Shown: in pieces, positions 39,998 to 49,778 of the stretch
Numbering within the stretch: position 1 is the first letter of the stretch
How the letters are laid out: every line of letters begins with the position of its first letter
DNA from: Candidatus Latescibacterota bacterium
GTDB lineage: Bacteria; Latescibacterota; UBA2968
Assembly (NCBI GenBank): GCA_965207885.1
Contig: OZ242311.1
Location: forward strand, 1,824,001 to 1,888,000
Direction: 5' to 3'
DNA: 64,000 nucleotides
The notes under the pieces: model-generated
Databases searched by the model: none
Seen by the model: only the letters and a program-made list of their open reading frames with translations
Told to the model about the DNA's origin: nothing
Made by a program: the position numbers and the translations under genes

Positions 39998-41413
39998 ATG
40001 GCAATACAACTACCCGAAGGACCTTTTAAACCAAACTGGGAATCACTCTCAAATTATCGCGTTCCCGACTGGTATCAGAACGACAAATTTGGCATCTTCA
40101 TCCACTGGGGCGTATATTCTGTCCCCGCTTATGGAAGTGAATGGTACCCCCGCAACATGTATCAACAAGGCGCCAGAGAATTCGCGCATCACAAAGCGAC
40201 CTATGGCGAACACAGCAAATTTGGATACAAAGACTTCATCCCCATGTTCAAAGCGGAAAAATACGACCCCGACCACTGGGCGGACTTATTCCGCAAAGCT
40301 GGCGCCCGCTTTGTCGTCCCCGTAGCCGAGCATCACGATGGATTTGCCATGTACGACACCGCTCTATCGGACTGGTGCGCGAGCAAAATGGGGCCCAAAC
40401 GCGACCTCATTGGCGAACTCGCCGAAGCCGTACGCAAACAATGGCTGATATTTGGCCTATCGACACACCGCGCAGAACACTGGTGGTTCATGGATGGCGG
40501 GATGCAATTTGACTCCGACGTACAGGACGGACAATACGCGGGCTTATACGGACCCGCGCAGCCGAGAGACAGCCAGCCCAACGAAGAATTCTTAGACGAC
40601 TGGCTCGCGCGCACCTGCGAACTGGTCGATAAATACCACCCGCAAATCGTGTGGTTTGACTGGCGGATACAAGAACCCGCTTTCGCGTCTTACGTACAGC
40701 GTTTTGCAGCCTATTATTACAACCGCGGAGCCGAATGGGATCGCGGTGTCGCGATCAATTACAAACACGATACCTTTCCCCCAGAGGTCGCAGTTTACGA
40801 CATTGAGCGTGGACAATTAGACGACATCAACCCGCACTTCTGGCAAACCGACACCTGTGTGGCGAGAAAATCCTGGGGATATATCGAAGAAGAACGGGGA
40901 TACAAAAGCGCCTCGCAACTAATCGGCGACCTCGTGGATATCGTAAGCAAAAACGGCGCGCTCTTGCTCAACGTGGGACCGCGCGCAGATGGCACAATCC
41001 CCGAAGAAGAAGAGGCCCTATTGCTCGCAATCGGCAAATGGCTCACCGTAAACGGCGAAGCGATCTACGACTCGCGCCCCTGGAAAGTATTTGGCGAAGG
41101 TCCCACAGAAGTCACAACAGGTTCATTCACCGACACAAAGCGACAGATGTTTGGCGAACGCGACATCCGCTTCACCACGCGAGGGGATATCCTCTACGCA
41201 ACCGTATTGGCAATACCCGAAAAAGATGAAGTGACGATCCAATCGCTCGGCTCCTCCCTGCGTCTGCTAACCAAACAAATCGACAAAGTCGAACTGTTGG
41301 GAGCAGGAACGTTAAAATGGTCGCAAACAATGCGCGGACTAAAAGTCCAACTCCCCGCAGAAAAACCATGCGACCACGCGCTCGTCTTAAAAATCACGCC
41401 AGTGTCTGATTGA
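39998..41413 (+). CDS. GH29 alpha-L-fucosidase
   Basis: KFGIFIHWGVYSVP, EWY, HHDGF, WFD nucleophile, VSKNG.LLLNVGP. Confidence 0.95.
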   Translation: MAIQLPEGPFKPNWESLSNYRVPDWYQNDKFGIFIHWGVYSVPAYGSEWYPRNMYQQGAREFAHHKATYGEHSKFGYKDFIPMFKAEKYDPDHWADLFRKAGARFVVPVAEHHDGFAMYDTALSDWCASKMGPKRDLIGELAEAVRKQWLIFGLSTHRAEHWWFMDGGMQFDSDVQDGQYAGLYGPAQPRDSQPNEEFLDDWLARTCELVDKYHPQIVWFDWRIQEPAFASYVQRFAAYYYNRGAEWDRGVAINYKHDTFPPEVAVYDIERGQLDDINPHFWQTDTCVARKSWGYIEEERGYKSASQLIGDLVDIVSKNGALLLNVGPRADGTIPEEEEALLLAIGKWLTVNGEAIYDSRPWKVFGEGPTEVTTGSFTDTKRQMFGERDIRFTTRGDILYATVLAIPEKDEVTIQSLGSSLRLLTKQIDKVELLGAGTLKWSQTMRGLKVQLPAEKPCDHALVLKITPVSD

Positions 41414-42204
41414 GGCATCCAATGACATCCGATCACATACACTGGTCATTTCAGTACGATGGCAGAAGTCAGACTCCGCATTTTGGCAAGCTATTGATCG
41501 AAATACTAAATAGAGACACTACGCCAGCATCTCAAAAAAAATACACCGTCCTCCCGAACTACTGGAAAGGATACAAAGGGCGTGGCGGTGGAGAACCCAT
41601 GCGCGACCTGACAATTGGCGAAGTAGTAATCAACCGGAAGCGCGAACCATCGAAAAACTGGCATTACGACATCCAATTTCTCAACACCACAAGCGGCGAA
41701 AATCTGCACCTCGACTTCTATTGTGCGGACGACGACCTCTGCACCCTGCGAGACACCTGGCGCGTAATAGCGACCAATGGTGCAGGAGATAAATATCGCC
41801 AATTCACCTGTGAAGGACGCATCACATCACAGGGAATCACACTCGTCGTCAACAACACAACCCTACCCATCGGTCATCTCGAAAACACCCACCCCATCAC
41901 CTGCAACTGGACGCTATTCGACGTCATCCCAAAACTCGCACACCAGTTAAAATCTTCCGGCGAAAAAATCTCCCTCACAATCCTGGAAGACCTCGAAAAA
42001 GTCCGCACACCCGCACACATCGGCTACATGGAAGACTGCACTCTACCACTCGGCGACAGAACCCTGAAACTCTCCGGCTTCTTCGTCTATGGCACGGGCA
42101 TGCTACCCTCGTACTGGTGGATGGATCAACAAAGACAGGTCATCATCGCATCAACCACATTCCAAACCTTTGTGTTAGAAGGCCAGGTACATGACCAACA
42201 ATAG
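41410..42204 (+). CDS. Hypothetical protein
   Basis: 264-aa ORF with the same C/A-ending codon bias as neighbours; no motif recognised. Confidence 0.65.
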   Translation: MRHPMTSDHIHWSFQYDGRSQTPHFGKLLIEILNRDTTPASQKKYTVLPNYWKGYKGRGGGEPMRDLTIGEVVINRKREPSKNWHYDIQFLNTTSGENLHLDFYCADDDLCTLRDTWRVIATNGAGDKYRQFTCEGRITSQGITLVVNNTTLPIGHLENTHPITCNWTLFDVIPKLAHQLKSSGEKISLTILEDLEKVRTPAHIGYMEDCTLPLGDRTLKLSGFFVYGTGMLPSYWWMDQQRQVIIASTTFQTFVLEGQVHDQQ

Positions 42205-42266
42205 AACGGATAGAGAGACTACGTATATAGGTAGATGAACTACTACAATCTGTCTAAGCACGATGT

Positions 42267-42295
42267 ATTCGTTGATTCGTCTATTCGTTGATTCG
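42267..42295 (+). repeat. Short 8-bp periodic repeat (ATTCGnnn x4)
   Basis: attcgttg attcgtct attcgttg attcg. Confidence 0.6.
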
Positions 42296-42311
42296 CTTCA
42301 GGAGACGCGGC

Positions 42312-43763
42312 ATGAGCGACCGACCCAATATCCTGTTCATCAACACCGACCAGCACACCTGGGACGTCATATCAGCCTACGGCAACACACATGTAAAAAC
42401 GCCGCACATCGACCGCCTGCACAACAACGGCATCTCATTTATGCGGTCTTATAGCAGCGACCCCGTCTGCGCCCCTGCGCGAGCGAGCTGGATGACCGGG
42501 CGATACACCTCAGAAGCCGGCACCCCGTTCAACGGCGGCCATCTGCACGAAAACATACCCGACCTCGGCCAGATATTACAACAAAGCGACCACCGCGCAA
42601 TCCACTGCGGCAAATGGCACGTAGATGGCCGAAACGTATATGATAGCTTCGACGTCCTCTACTACGGCCAACAGCGAATCGGGGCAGGCGGCGGCGAATA
42701 CTACGACGCGGCAATGACCCATGCCGTCGTAGATTTTTTAACCACTTGTGACAAAACCGACCCATTTTATCTGCAAGTCTGGTACGTCAACTCCCACGAC
42801 ATCTGCGAATACGGCCACAACTTTGAAACAAAAGAAATGCCCGACGCCATAACCCGGGGCATGCTCACCGAAAAGGACTTACCCCCTCTCCCTGACAATT
42901 TCAATTACGACACGCGCGAAACCGTCTTACACCGCGTATGCAGGCGCATAGACGAATGCCTGATACACTGGCCCATCTTGCGCGCCATGAAAACATGGGA
43001 CGAACGCCAATGGCGAACATTTATATGGCATCACCACCGCTTTGTAGAAAAAGTAGATGGTGAAATCGGCCTGATCTTAACCACCCTTGAGCAAAGCGGC
43101 CTCGCGGACAACACCGTAATCATCTTCAGCGTAGATCACGGCGAAGCCTTTGGACAACACCAGATGTTCCAGAAATTCTCCCTCTACGAAGCCAGCATTC
43201 GCGTACCCTTTATCGTCTCATCACTCGGACACAACCTGAACATCCCCAAAGGCGCATTTGATCACAAACACTTTGTCTCCGGCGTCGATCTCCTCCCCAC
43301 CGTATGCGACTACGCCGGAATCGACCCACCCGAGCATGCGCGGGGAATGAGCGTGCGCCCCCTCGTCGAAGGCCGGGACGTGCCCTGGCGCGACTTTGGC
43401 TTTGTCGAAAGCAACTACTGGGGACGCGCCCTGCTTTTTGATCAATACAAATACGTCTGTGAGTATATTCCCTACGGCGATGAAAAAGACCTGCTCCCAC
43501 CCGGACCCGACCCCGAACGTATCGGCCTCGAACAAATTTTTGACCTCAAGAACGACCCGGGAGAAACGCAAAACCTCGCCTATGACGAAAACAAACGCGC
43601 ATTATTGATGCAATGCCGCCAGGCACTACTGAAATTTGAAGCGGGATTGGAACGGCGGCAAATCACACACGAGCGACCCACCCGTCAAATCGGCAACTGG
43701 GGACAGCGGATTCGGGCGCACTGGGACGCGCATCCCGAATTGGAAGCCATGAGAATTCCCTAA
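42312..43763 (+). CDS. Cys-type sulfatase
   Basis: PNILFINTDQ, CAPARASWMTG, GKWH, DHG, YEASIRVP. Confidence 0.95.
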   Translation: MSDRPNILFINTDQHTWDVISAYGNTHVKTPHIDRLHNNGISFMRSYSSDPVCAPARASWMTGRYTSEAGTPFNGGHLHENIPDLGQILQQSDHRAIHCGKWHVDGRNVYDSFDVLYYGQQRIGAGGGEYYDAAMTHAVVDFLTTCDKTDPFYLQVWYVNSHDICEYGHNFETKEMPDAITRGMLTEKDLPPLPDNFNYDTRETVLHRVCRRIDECLIHWPILRAMKTWDERQWRTFIWHHHRFVEKVDGEIGLILTTLEQSGLADNTVIIFSVDHGEAFGQHQMFQKFSLYEASIRVPFIVSSLGHNLNIPKGAFDHKHFVSGVDLLPTVCDYAGIDPPEHARGMSVRPLVEGRDVPWRDFGFVESNYWGRALLFDQYKYVCEYIPYGDEKDLLPPGPDPERIGLEQIFDLKNDPGETQNLAYDENKRALLMQCRQALLKFEAGLERRQITHERPTRQIGNWGQRIRAHWDAHPELEAMRIP

Positions 43764-43783
43764 AACAGAAAGGACAAAGCACC

Positions 43784-45337
43784 ATGAGCGACACACCAGA
43801 TTACACATCACTCGTACCGCACTACACATTTCCAAACACACTCGAAGAACAACGCGAAGCCCTCGCCACAAATCCGCTATTGCAACGGATGAACGAAGCG
43901 CGAAAAGGTTATGAAGGCGACCCCCACAGACCCATCTACCACTACGTAAACCCAGAACACACACTCAACGACCCCAATGGCATTTGCTTCTGGCAGGGGC
44001 GATGGCATCTGTTTTACCAGGCATATCCCCCCGAAGACCCGCGCCAGCACTGGGGACACGCCATCAGCGACGACTTAATCCACTGGGAAGACTTGCCCTA
44101 TGCGATCTATCCCAATCCCGAACGCTGCTGTTTTTCCGGCTCAACATTCGTAGAAGACGACCGCGTCATCGCCATGTATCACGGCACCATGGTAGGCAAC
44201 ATGGTCGCCGTATCCAGCGACCCCCTGCTCTTGAACTGGGAAAAAGTAACCGGACAAGCCGTGATCCCCATGCAAAATCCCGATGGCTCCACCCCGCCCT
44301 ATCGGGTATTTGATCCGTGCATCTGGAAAAAGGGCGACTTTTACTACTCCCTCTCGGGCGGCACCCTGCCCGGACCGGGCGGCAAACCCAAGCGCGCAAA
44401 CTTCTTGCTCCGCTCACCCGACCTGGCGAACTGGACGTATTTGCATCCATTTGTCGAAGACGACCTCTTCACAATCGTTGGCGACGACGGCGCCTGCCCC
44501 TACTTCTGGCCCATTGGCGATCGCCATATCTTGCTCTTTTACAGCCACATAAGCGGGGGGCAATATCTCCTGGGCGACTACGACAAAGAACGCGACAAAT
44601 TTGTGGTAACAGCGCATGACAAATGCAATTTCGGACCCTCCGCTCCCTGTGGCGTACACGCGCCTTCGGCAACCCCGGATGGAAATGGCAATATCATCGT
44701 CATCTTCAACATGAACCCGGGCAAGCCAACAGAGAACTGGAACCAGATCATGACCTTGCCCCGCAAAATGACCCTCATCGGCGAAGAAGATATACGCATA
44801 GAACCAGCGGGCGACATAGAATCCCTGCGCCGCGATCACCAGCACGTAGAACGCATGACACTCGCTGCCAATAGCGAGATCGTCCTCGACAATATTCAGG
44901 GCAATGCAATGGAGATTGTCGCTGAAATCGACACCAAAAACGCGCCCATGGTCGAAATGGACGTATTGCGGTCACCCAACAAAGAAGAAGTCACGCGCAT
45001 CATGTTCTTCAAAGATCGCGGGCTCAGAAATCGGGCACTCAACACACAGAAAAGCCTGATCACAATCGACTCATCGTGCTCCTCCATCCTACCCGACGTG
45101 CGCACCCGCGCGCCAGAAACCGGTTCGGTCCATATCGAACCGGACGAAACCTTAAAATTGCGCGTATTTGTCGATAAAAGCGTCGTAGAAGTATTTGTAA
45201 ACGGCAAACAATGCGTGGCATTGCGCGTCTATCCCGGACGCGAAGACAGCACTGGCGTCTCCCTGCGATCACAGGGGCAGGACAGCGAACTCCTATCACT
45301 CGACGCCTATCAGATGGAGAATATCTACACATCATAG
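43784..45337 (+). CDS. GH32-like five-bladed propeller glycoside hydrolase (atypical catalytic motifs)
   Basis: NDPNG, WGHAIS.DL, FSGS, FDP, GACP, C-terminal DKSVVEVF. Confidence 0.88.
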   Translation: MSDTPDYTSLVPHYTFPNTLEEQREALATNPLLQRMNEARKGYEGDPHRPIYHYVNPEHTLNDPNGICFWQGRWHLFYQAYPPEDPRQHWGHAISDDLIHWEDLPYAIYPNPERCCFSGSTFVEDDRVIAMYHGTMVGNMVAVSSDPLLLNWEKVTGQAVIPMQNPDGSTPPYRVFDPCIWKKGDFYYSLSGGTLPGPGGKPKRANFLLRSPDLANWTYLHPFVEDDLFTIVGDDGACPYFWPIGDRHILLFYSHISGGQYLLGDYDKERDKFVVTAHDKCNFGPSAPCGVHAPSATPDGNGNIIVIFNMNPGKPTENWNQIMTLPRKMTLIGEEDIRIEPAGDIESLRRDHQHVERMTLAANSEIVLDNIQGNAMEIVAEIDTKNAPMVEMDVLRSPNKEEVTRIMFFKDRGLRNRALNTQKSLITIDSSCSSILPDVRTRAPETGSVHIEPDETLKLRVFVDKSVVEVFVNGKQCVALRVYPGREDSTGVSLRSQGQDSELLSLDAYQMENIYTS

Positions 45338-45353
45338 ACAACCCCACCCACAA

Positions 45354-45392
45354 AAAAATCCCCCGACGCCACAATAGCACCGGGGGATTTTT
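45354..45392. terminator. Bidirectional intrinsic terminator
   Basis: aaaaatcccccg-loop-cgggggattttt between convergent genes. Confidence 0.8.
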
Positions 45393-45405
45393 GTTGTACG
45401 CTCTA

Positions 45406-46677
45406 CTATTCATTCTCATATCGCGCGGCGTAAATCGTGAGTTTGGTCGCCTCTCCGATTTGTTCGAGCTCTGGGCGGCGTCCAGATAGACGCAGGCTAT
45501 CTCTCACCAGGTTCAAGAACCCTTCTCCTCTCGCTTCCATAAAGCTGCTGCCGGTCAGCATGCTCTTGTAATCGCGCATAAAACCCGCCAGAAGTTGATT
45601 GCGGCGAACGGGCTGACAGCCCGCGTATAAATTCTCAATAGTCAGCGTGTTGTAGAGCGCACCCGGATTCTGAAACTCAATTCGGTCGGGAAACATGCGA
45701 ATGATAATCTGCGAACCCGCAATTTCGTAATCCCGATGCACAACCGCGTTCACAACAGCTTCCTGAAGTGCTGTGAGTGCGTAACTCGGATAATCCCTTC
45801 GGCCATCTCTATCCTTCCTGGAAACCGTCGGAACCAGAGGAGAAACCCGTAAATAGGACACCACTTGGGCGATCTGTTCAGGCACTGGTCCGACGAATCG
45901 GTTGCTATCCACAGTATTGCCATCGGGCGTATCGTGGGTATATACGGCCAAATCGATATAAGCACCGTATATATATCGCTCGGGCTGTTCTGCAAATAGC
46001 AACACCCCGAGGTATGTCGGCGTCACACCCGAGTCGAGCACTGCGGCGAGTTTGTGGGCCACGAGAGTGGAGCCCCAGTCATCTGGCTCGGACCAATCCG
46101 AGAAGCGATCACGGAAGTATTTTTCCAGCCGAATCTCGCTCAGATCATCCAGACTACTGCCCAACAGCGGTCGTTCCTCAATCGGACTGGTCAGACGACG
46201 CGCACTCAACAGACGGGCAAGTCGCTCCGGAGGAATGGATTGCCGGTGGCTACCCAACCGTTGAAGATAGCGTCCATCGCTCGTTTGATGTACATCGAAC
46301 CTCGACATGGGGATCTCAACAATCAAACAGAGTTTTGGGACATCCTCTTCTCCGGGCAGATATTCCCAATCCAACGCCGGGACAATCATCGGCTTACAGT
46401 TATTCAGCGCCACATTGACTACAAATTGCTCCAGAAGATCGCGCTTTTCGGGCTCGATACCGACTGGCATGCGATCGCTATTGCGCACACCTATCACAAC
46501 CACGCCACCCTTCGTATTCGCCATGCTGACAAATACCTTGGCAAGTCTGGATGTGGCGCGCCCTTCTTCCCTCGCAAAGGAAATTCTGTCTCCCCGAAAC
46601 ACAATCTCCTTTAATTCGAGTTCAGTATCTTCTCCGGCCCGAATAGAAGCCAAGCGTTCTTGTTTATTCATCTTCAC
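45406..46677 (-). CDS. AlbA_2 (Schlafen-like) plus HATPase_c_4 domain protein
   Basis: GED..LELK, SMANTKGG...IGV, RLGS, EAVVNAVVHRDY, NPG, RN.LLA, GEG. Confidence 0.88.
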   Translation of the reverse strand: MKMNKQERLASIRAGEDTELELKEIVFRGDRISFAREEGRATSRLAKVFVSMANTKGGVVVIGVRNSDRMPVGIEPEKRDLLEQFVVNVALNNCKPMIVPALDWEYLPGEEDVPKLCLIVEIPMSRFDVHQTSDGRYLQRLGSHRQSIPPERLARLLSARRLTSPIEERPLLGSSLDDLSEIRLEKYFRDRFSDWSEPDDWGSTLVAHKLAAVLDSGVTPTYLGVLLFAEQPERYIYGAYIDLAVYTHDTPDGNTVDSNRFVGPVPEQIAQVVSYLRVSPLVPTVSRKDRDGRRDYPSYALTALQEAVVNAVVHRDYEIAGSQIIIRMFPDRIEFQNPGALYNTLTIENLYAGCQPVRRNQLLAGFMRDYKSMLTGSSFMEARGEGFLNLVRDSLRLSGRRPELEQIGEATKLTIYAARYENE

Positions 46678-46689
46678 TTCGTTCCGTAT

Positions 46690-47856
46690 TTACGACACAG
46701 TCTGGAAACGCTCCCACGCCTCGCCAGCCGCTGCCGCTTGCCGCTCCAGTTCACCGCGCCAACCGATCACCTCGCCAGCTTTGACGCGCTTGATATCAAA
46801 TCCCGGATACCGGTCCTCGAGCGTATCCCCGAGCTTCGTTCTCTCGGCCCAGCGATCCCACGCCGTCTTCATCCACTCGTGTGGCAGTGCTTCTCGCACA
46901 GCGGGATCGAGCTGCCATGCATGCCGCACATCGCTCACAGAGGGCTCCTCTTCAGATGGTCCCGACCACTTCGACCAACCAATTGACAACGTATTGCGCT
47001 CGCGACCGGGAACCGTGTGCCCCGTATGGATCGTTGCCCCATTTCGGATAAGCGCTTCCCCAGCCTTAAGCCGGATCGCCACCTGTCCCGGCAATGGATC
47101 TTCGCCATTCCAACTCGGCGTATGCGGCACCCCCTGCTCCTTCACCGCCTTCGGCAAAAGCACATCGTGCTCAAACGGCGTACGCCACCGATTGTGACTC
47201 CCCGGCACAAGCTCGTGACACTCATCATCCGCCAATGCCAAAAACATACTCACGCCATTCCGCTCTTTAAGAGACTTCGCATTATTTGCGCGGATCTCTT
47301 CCCAGCGCTTCCTCTCAACCTCCTCGGAATACGCCTCTGGATCACTACCCCGCTCATCCCGCTGTGCAAAATAGCGCTCCCCCGTGCCCCACCACGTCAC
47401 ATCCCGGTGCCAGCTCAGCTTATTCTCTTTCTGTCGGGGATTGCACCACAGCAACAAACCACCCAGCACCATATCTTCTGGCTCCAGCCCGTCACACCAC
47501 GAATGAACGAAATTCAGAAAATCTGGCGAACCGTGGAACTCGGCAAAACACGGCTCTCCAAAAGCCGGATGGATAAGCCCCCGAATCGCCCACGGCTCAT
47601 CATTGCCCGTGCGGTGTACATAGCCCTTCGAGCAATCGATCTCGTCGTACCCCTTCTCTGGCGCGCACGCCTCGGTAACGCGGCGACCCGCCTCACGGAG
47701 AACGGGAATCCAGGGATTATCGACAAAATCGTTAATAATGACAAACCCATGCTCCTCCAGATGCGCCAATCGCTCTGGCGTAGCCCCGGGCGCCGAAAGC
47801 TCAGGCTTGAAATCGGCAAAAGCCGCAGCGCGATAAACTGATTGAGAACTGGACAT
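46690..47856 (-). CDS. PhyH-family Fe/2OG dioxygenase
   Basis: EHGFV, WHRD, LVPGSH, LKAGE, IHTG, R.TL. Confidence 0.85.
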   Translation of the reverse strand: MSSSQSVYRAAAFADFKPELSAPGATPERLAHLEEHGFVIINDFVDNPWIPVLREAGRRVTEACAPEKGYDEIDCSKGYVHRTGNDEPWAIRGLIHPAFGEPCFAEFHGSPDFLNFVHSWCDGLEPEDMVLGGLLLWCNPRQKENKLSWHRDVTWWGTGERYFAQRDERGSDPEAYSEEVERKRWEEIRANNAKSLKERNGVSMFLALADDECHELVPGSHNRWRTPFEHDVLLPKAVKEQGVPHTPSWNGEDPLPGQVAIRLKAGEALIRNGATIHTGHTVPGRERNTLSIGWSKWSGPSEEEPSVSDVRHAWQLDPAVREALPHEWMKTAWDRWAERTKLGDTLEDRYPGFDIKRVKAGEVIGWRGELERQAAAAGEAWERFQTVS

Positions 47857-48071
47857 CTTCAATCCTTTCGCCCCAGGCCATATTATCTCAGCACTGAGGT
47901 CATCGTAAGGGTGATAAATCTGCCTTCCTCCGCTCCCCGTGAAATTATGGCATGAAACAAAAAAATTATCAAGCGTTTTGCTATTCGCAAGAAGTAAAAA
48001 TGTTGCTTTTTTTAAAAACTGGTATAATTTTGGACGAGATAAAATTGAAACGCGAACCTGAGGAGAACGCA

Positions 48072-48818
48072 ATGGAACTAACCAAAAGCCAAAAGCGCTT
48101 CTTTTACGAAGAAGGCTATCTCAAAGTCTCGGGCGCTGTGCCCCGCGCGATGGTAGATGCGGCGCGGCAGGCCATCAATGCCGAAATAGGCAAAGGAAAT
48201 ACCAACCCATTTCCCGAAATTAACGCCACACCAGTCATTACAGACCTGTTCAACGAAACACCCGCTTTCTCTCTCCTCGAATCCGCATTGGGAGAAGGCA
48301 ATCTGCAGCGCAGTCAGGTAGGAAGTATCAAACTCAATTTCCCGCGCCCACCGGGTAGCCTTCCAAAAGATACTTTAACGGAAAAAATTGGATGGGGCCG
48401 AAGTGGCGGTCATCTGGACGGCATTAAAGCCGTAGGCGCCCGGTTGCGAGGATTGCGCGAAGACGGAACTTATAACCGGAATTTTACATCTTTTGCCGTA
48501 GTATATCTCGACGATGTCCCCGTTCCCAATGGCGGCAATTTTACCGTATGGCCCAAATCGCATCACTTCTTTGAAAACTACTTCAAAGAACACGGGCATC
48601 AGATCCTGGACGACCACATGCCCCACGTCGAACTACCCGAAGGTCCGACATTTGTAACTGGGGAAGCAGGTGACGTAATCTTTGCCCATCACGCCATGGT
48701 ACACACCGGCTGCCCCAACACCTCACCAGACATTCGATACGCCGTAATCTTCAGGACCAAACACACACAAATCGACGAAATTGGAGTAGATGCCTTCACC
48801 GATATATGGCGCGAATAG
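48072..48818 (+). CDS. PhyH-family Fe/2OG dioxygenase
   Basis: FYEEGY, GHLD, GNF.VWP.SH, AGD, VHTG..N.S..IR. Confidence 0.88.
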   Translation: MELTKSQKRFFYEEGYLKVSGAVPRAMVDAARQAINAEIGKGNTNPFPEINATPVITDLFNETPAFSLLESALGEGNLQRSQVGSIKLNFPRPPGSLPKDTLTEKIGWGRSGGHLDGIKAVGARLRGLREDGTYNRNFTSFAVVYLDDVPVPNGGNFTVWPKSHHFFENYFKEHGHQILDDHMPHVELPEGPTFVTGEAGDVIFAHHAMVHTGCPNTSPDIRYAVIFRTKHTQIDEIGVDAFTDIWRE

Positions 48819-48870
48819 GATGGTGTACGCGAGGCCGTTGACGCAGTATAATCACAGAAAGGAACCTATT

Positions 48871-49758
48871 ATGAAATCCGCAACTGACTTTGATCAAGAA
48901 CTTCTCGACCTCTACGATGAATATGTCCACGGACAAACAGATCGGCGGGGCTTCTTAAACCGCGCTGCAAAATTCGCAGTCGGCGGCGTAACCGCTGCCG
49001 CTCTGTTAGACAGTCTAAAGCCCAATTACGCGCTTGCGCAACAAATCGCCACAGACGACGAGCGCATCACCGCCGAATACATAGAATACCCGTCACCAGA
49101 AGGACACGAAAAAACCCGCGGATACCTCGTCGCCCCAGCACAGGCAGAAGGCAAAGTACCCGGCGTCGTTGTCATCCACGAAAATCGCGGCTTAAATCCC
49201 TACGTAGAAGACGTAGCCCGGCGCGTGGCAACGGCAGGCTTTCTGGCTCTTGCCCCCGACGCACTCGCGCCCCTCGGCGGATATCCCGGCACAGATGACG
49301 AAGGGCGACTCATGCAACGCGAGATAGATCGCAATAAAATGACAGAAGATTTTATCGCCTCTGCGCGTTATTTACACACACACGAAAAATGCACCGGAAA
49401 AGTCGGCGTCGTAGGCTTCTGCTTTGGCGGTGGCATGTCAAACACCCTTGCCGTGCGCATCCCCGACATCATCTCCGCCGCAGTTCCCTTTTACGGCCGC
49501 CAACCCGCTGTCGAAGATGTGCCAAAAATAAAAGGCGCCTTGCTCATCCACTATGCCGAACTGGACAGACGTATCAACCGGGGCTGGCCCGCTTATGAAG
49601 CCGCGCTCAAAGAAGCAGGCGTGAGTTACACGGCTCATATATACGAAAACGCCAACCACGGATTTCACAATGACACAACGCCGCGCTATGACGAAGCGGC
49701 TGCAAAGCTCGCCTGGCAACGCACAATTGACTTTTTTAATGAAACGTTGAAGGAATAG
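48871..49758 (+). CDS. Dienelactone hydrolase family (YghX-like)
   Basis: [37 protein letters not shown]. Confidence 0.92.
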   Translation: MKSATDFDQELLDLYDEYVHGQTDRRGFLNRAAKFAVGGVTAAALLDSLKPNYALAQQIATDDERITAEYIEYPSPEGHEKTRGYLVAPAQAEGKVPGVVVIHENRGLNPYVEDVARRVATAGFLALAPDALAPLGGYPGTDDEGRLMQREIDRNKMTEDFIASARYLHTHEKCTGKVGVVGFCFGGGMSNTLAVRIPDIISAAVPFYGRQPAVEDVPKIKGALLIHYAELDRRINRGWPAYEAALKEAGVSYTAHIYENANHGFHNDTTPRYDEAAAKLAWQRTIDFFNETLKE

Positions 49759-49778
49759 CTTCTTAACAAGGAATCTTC

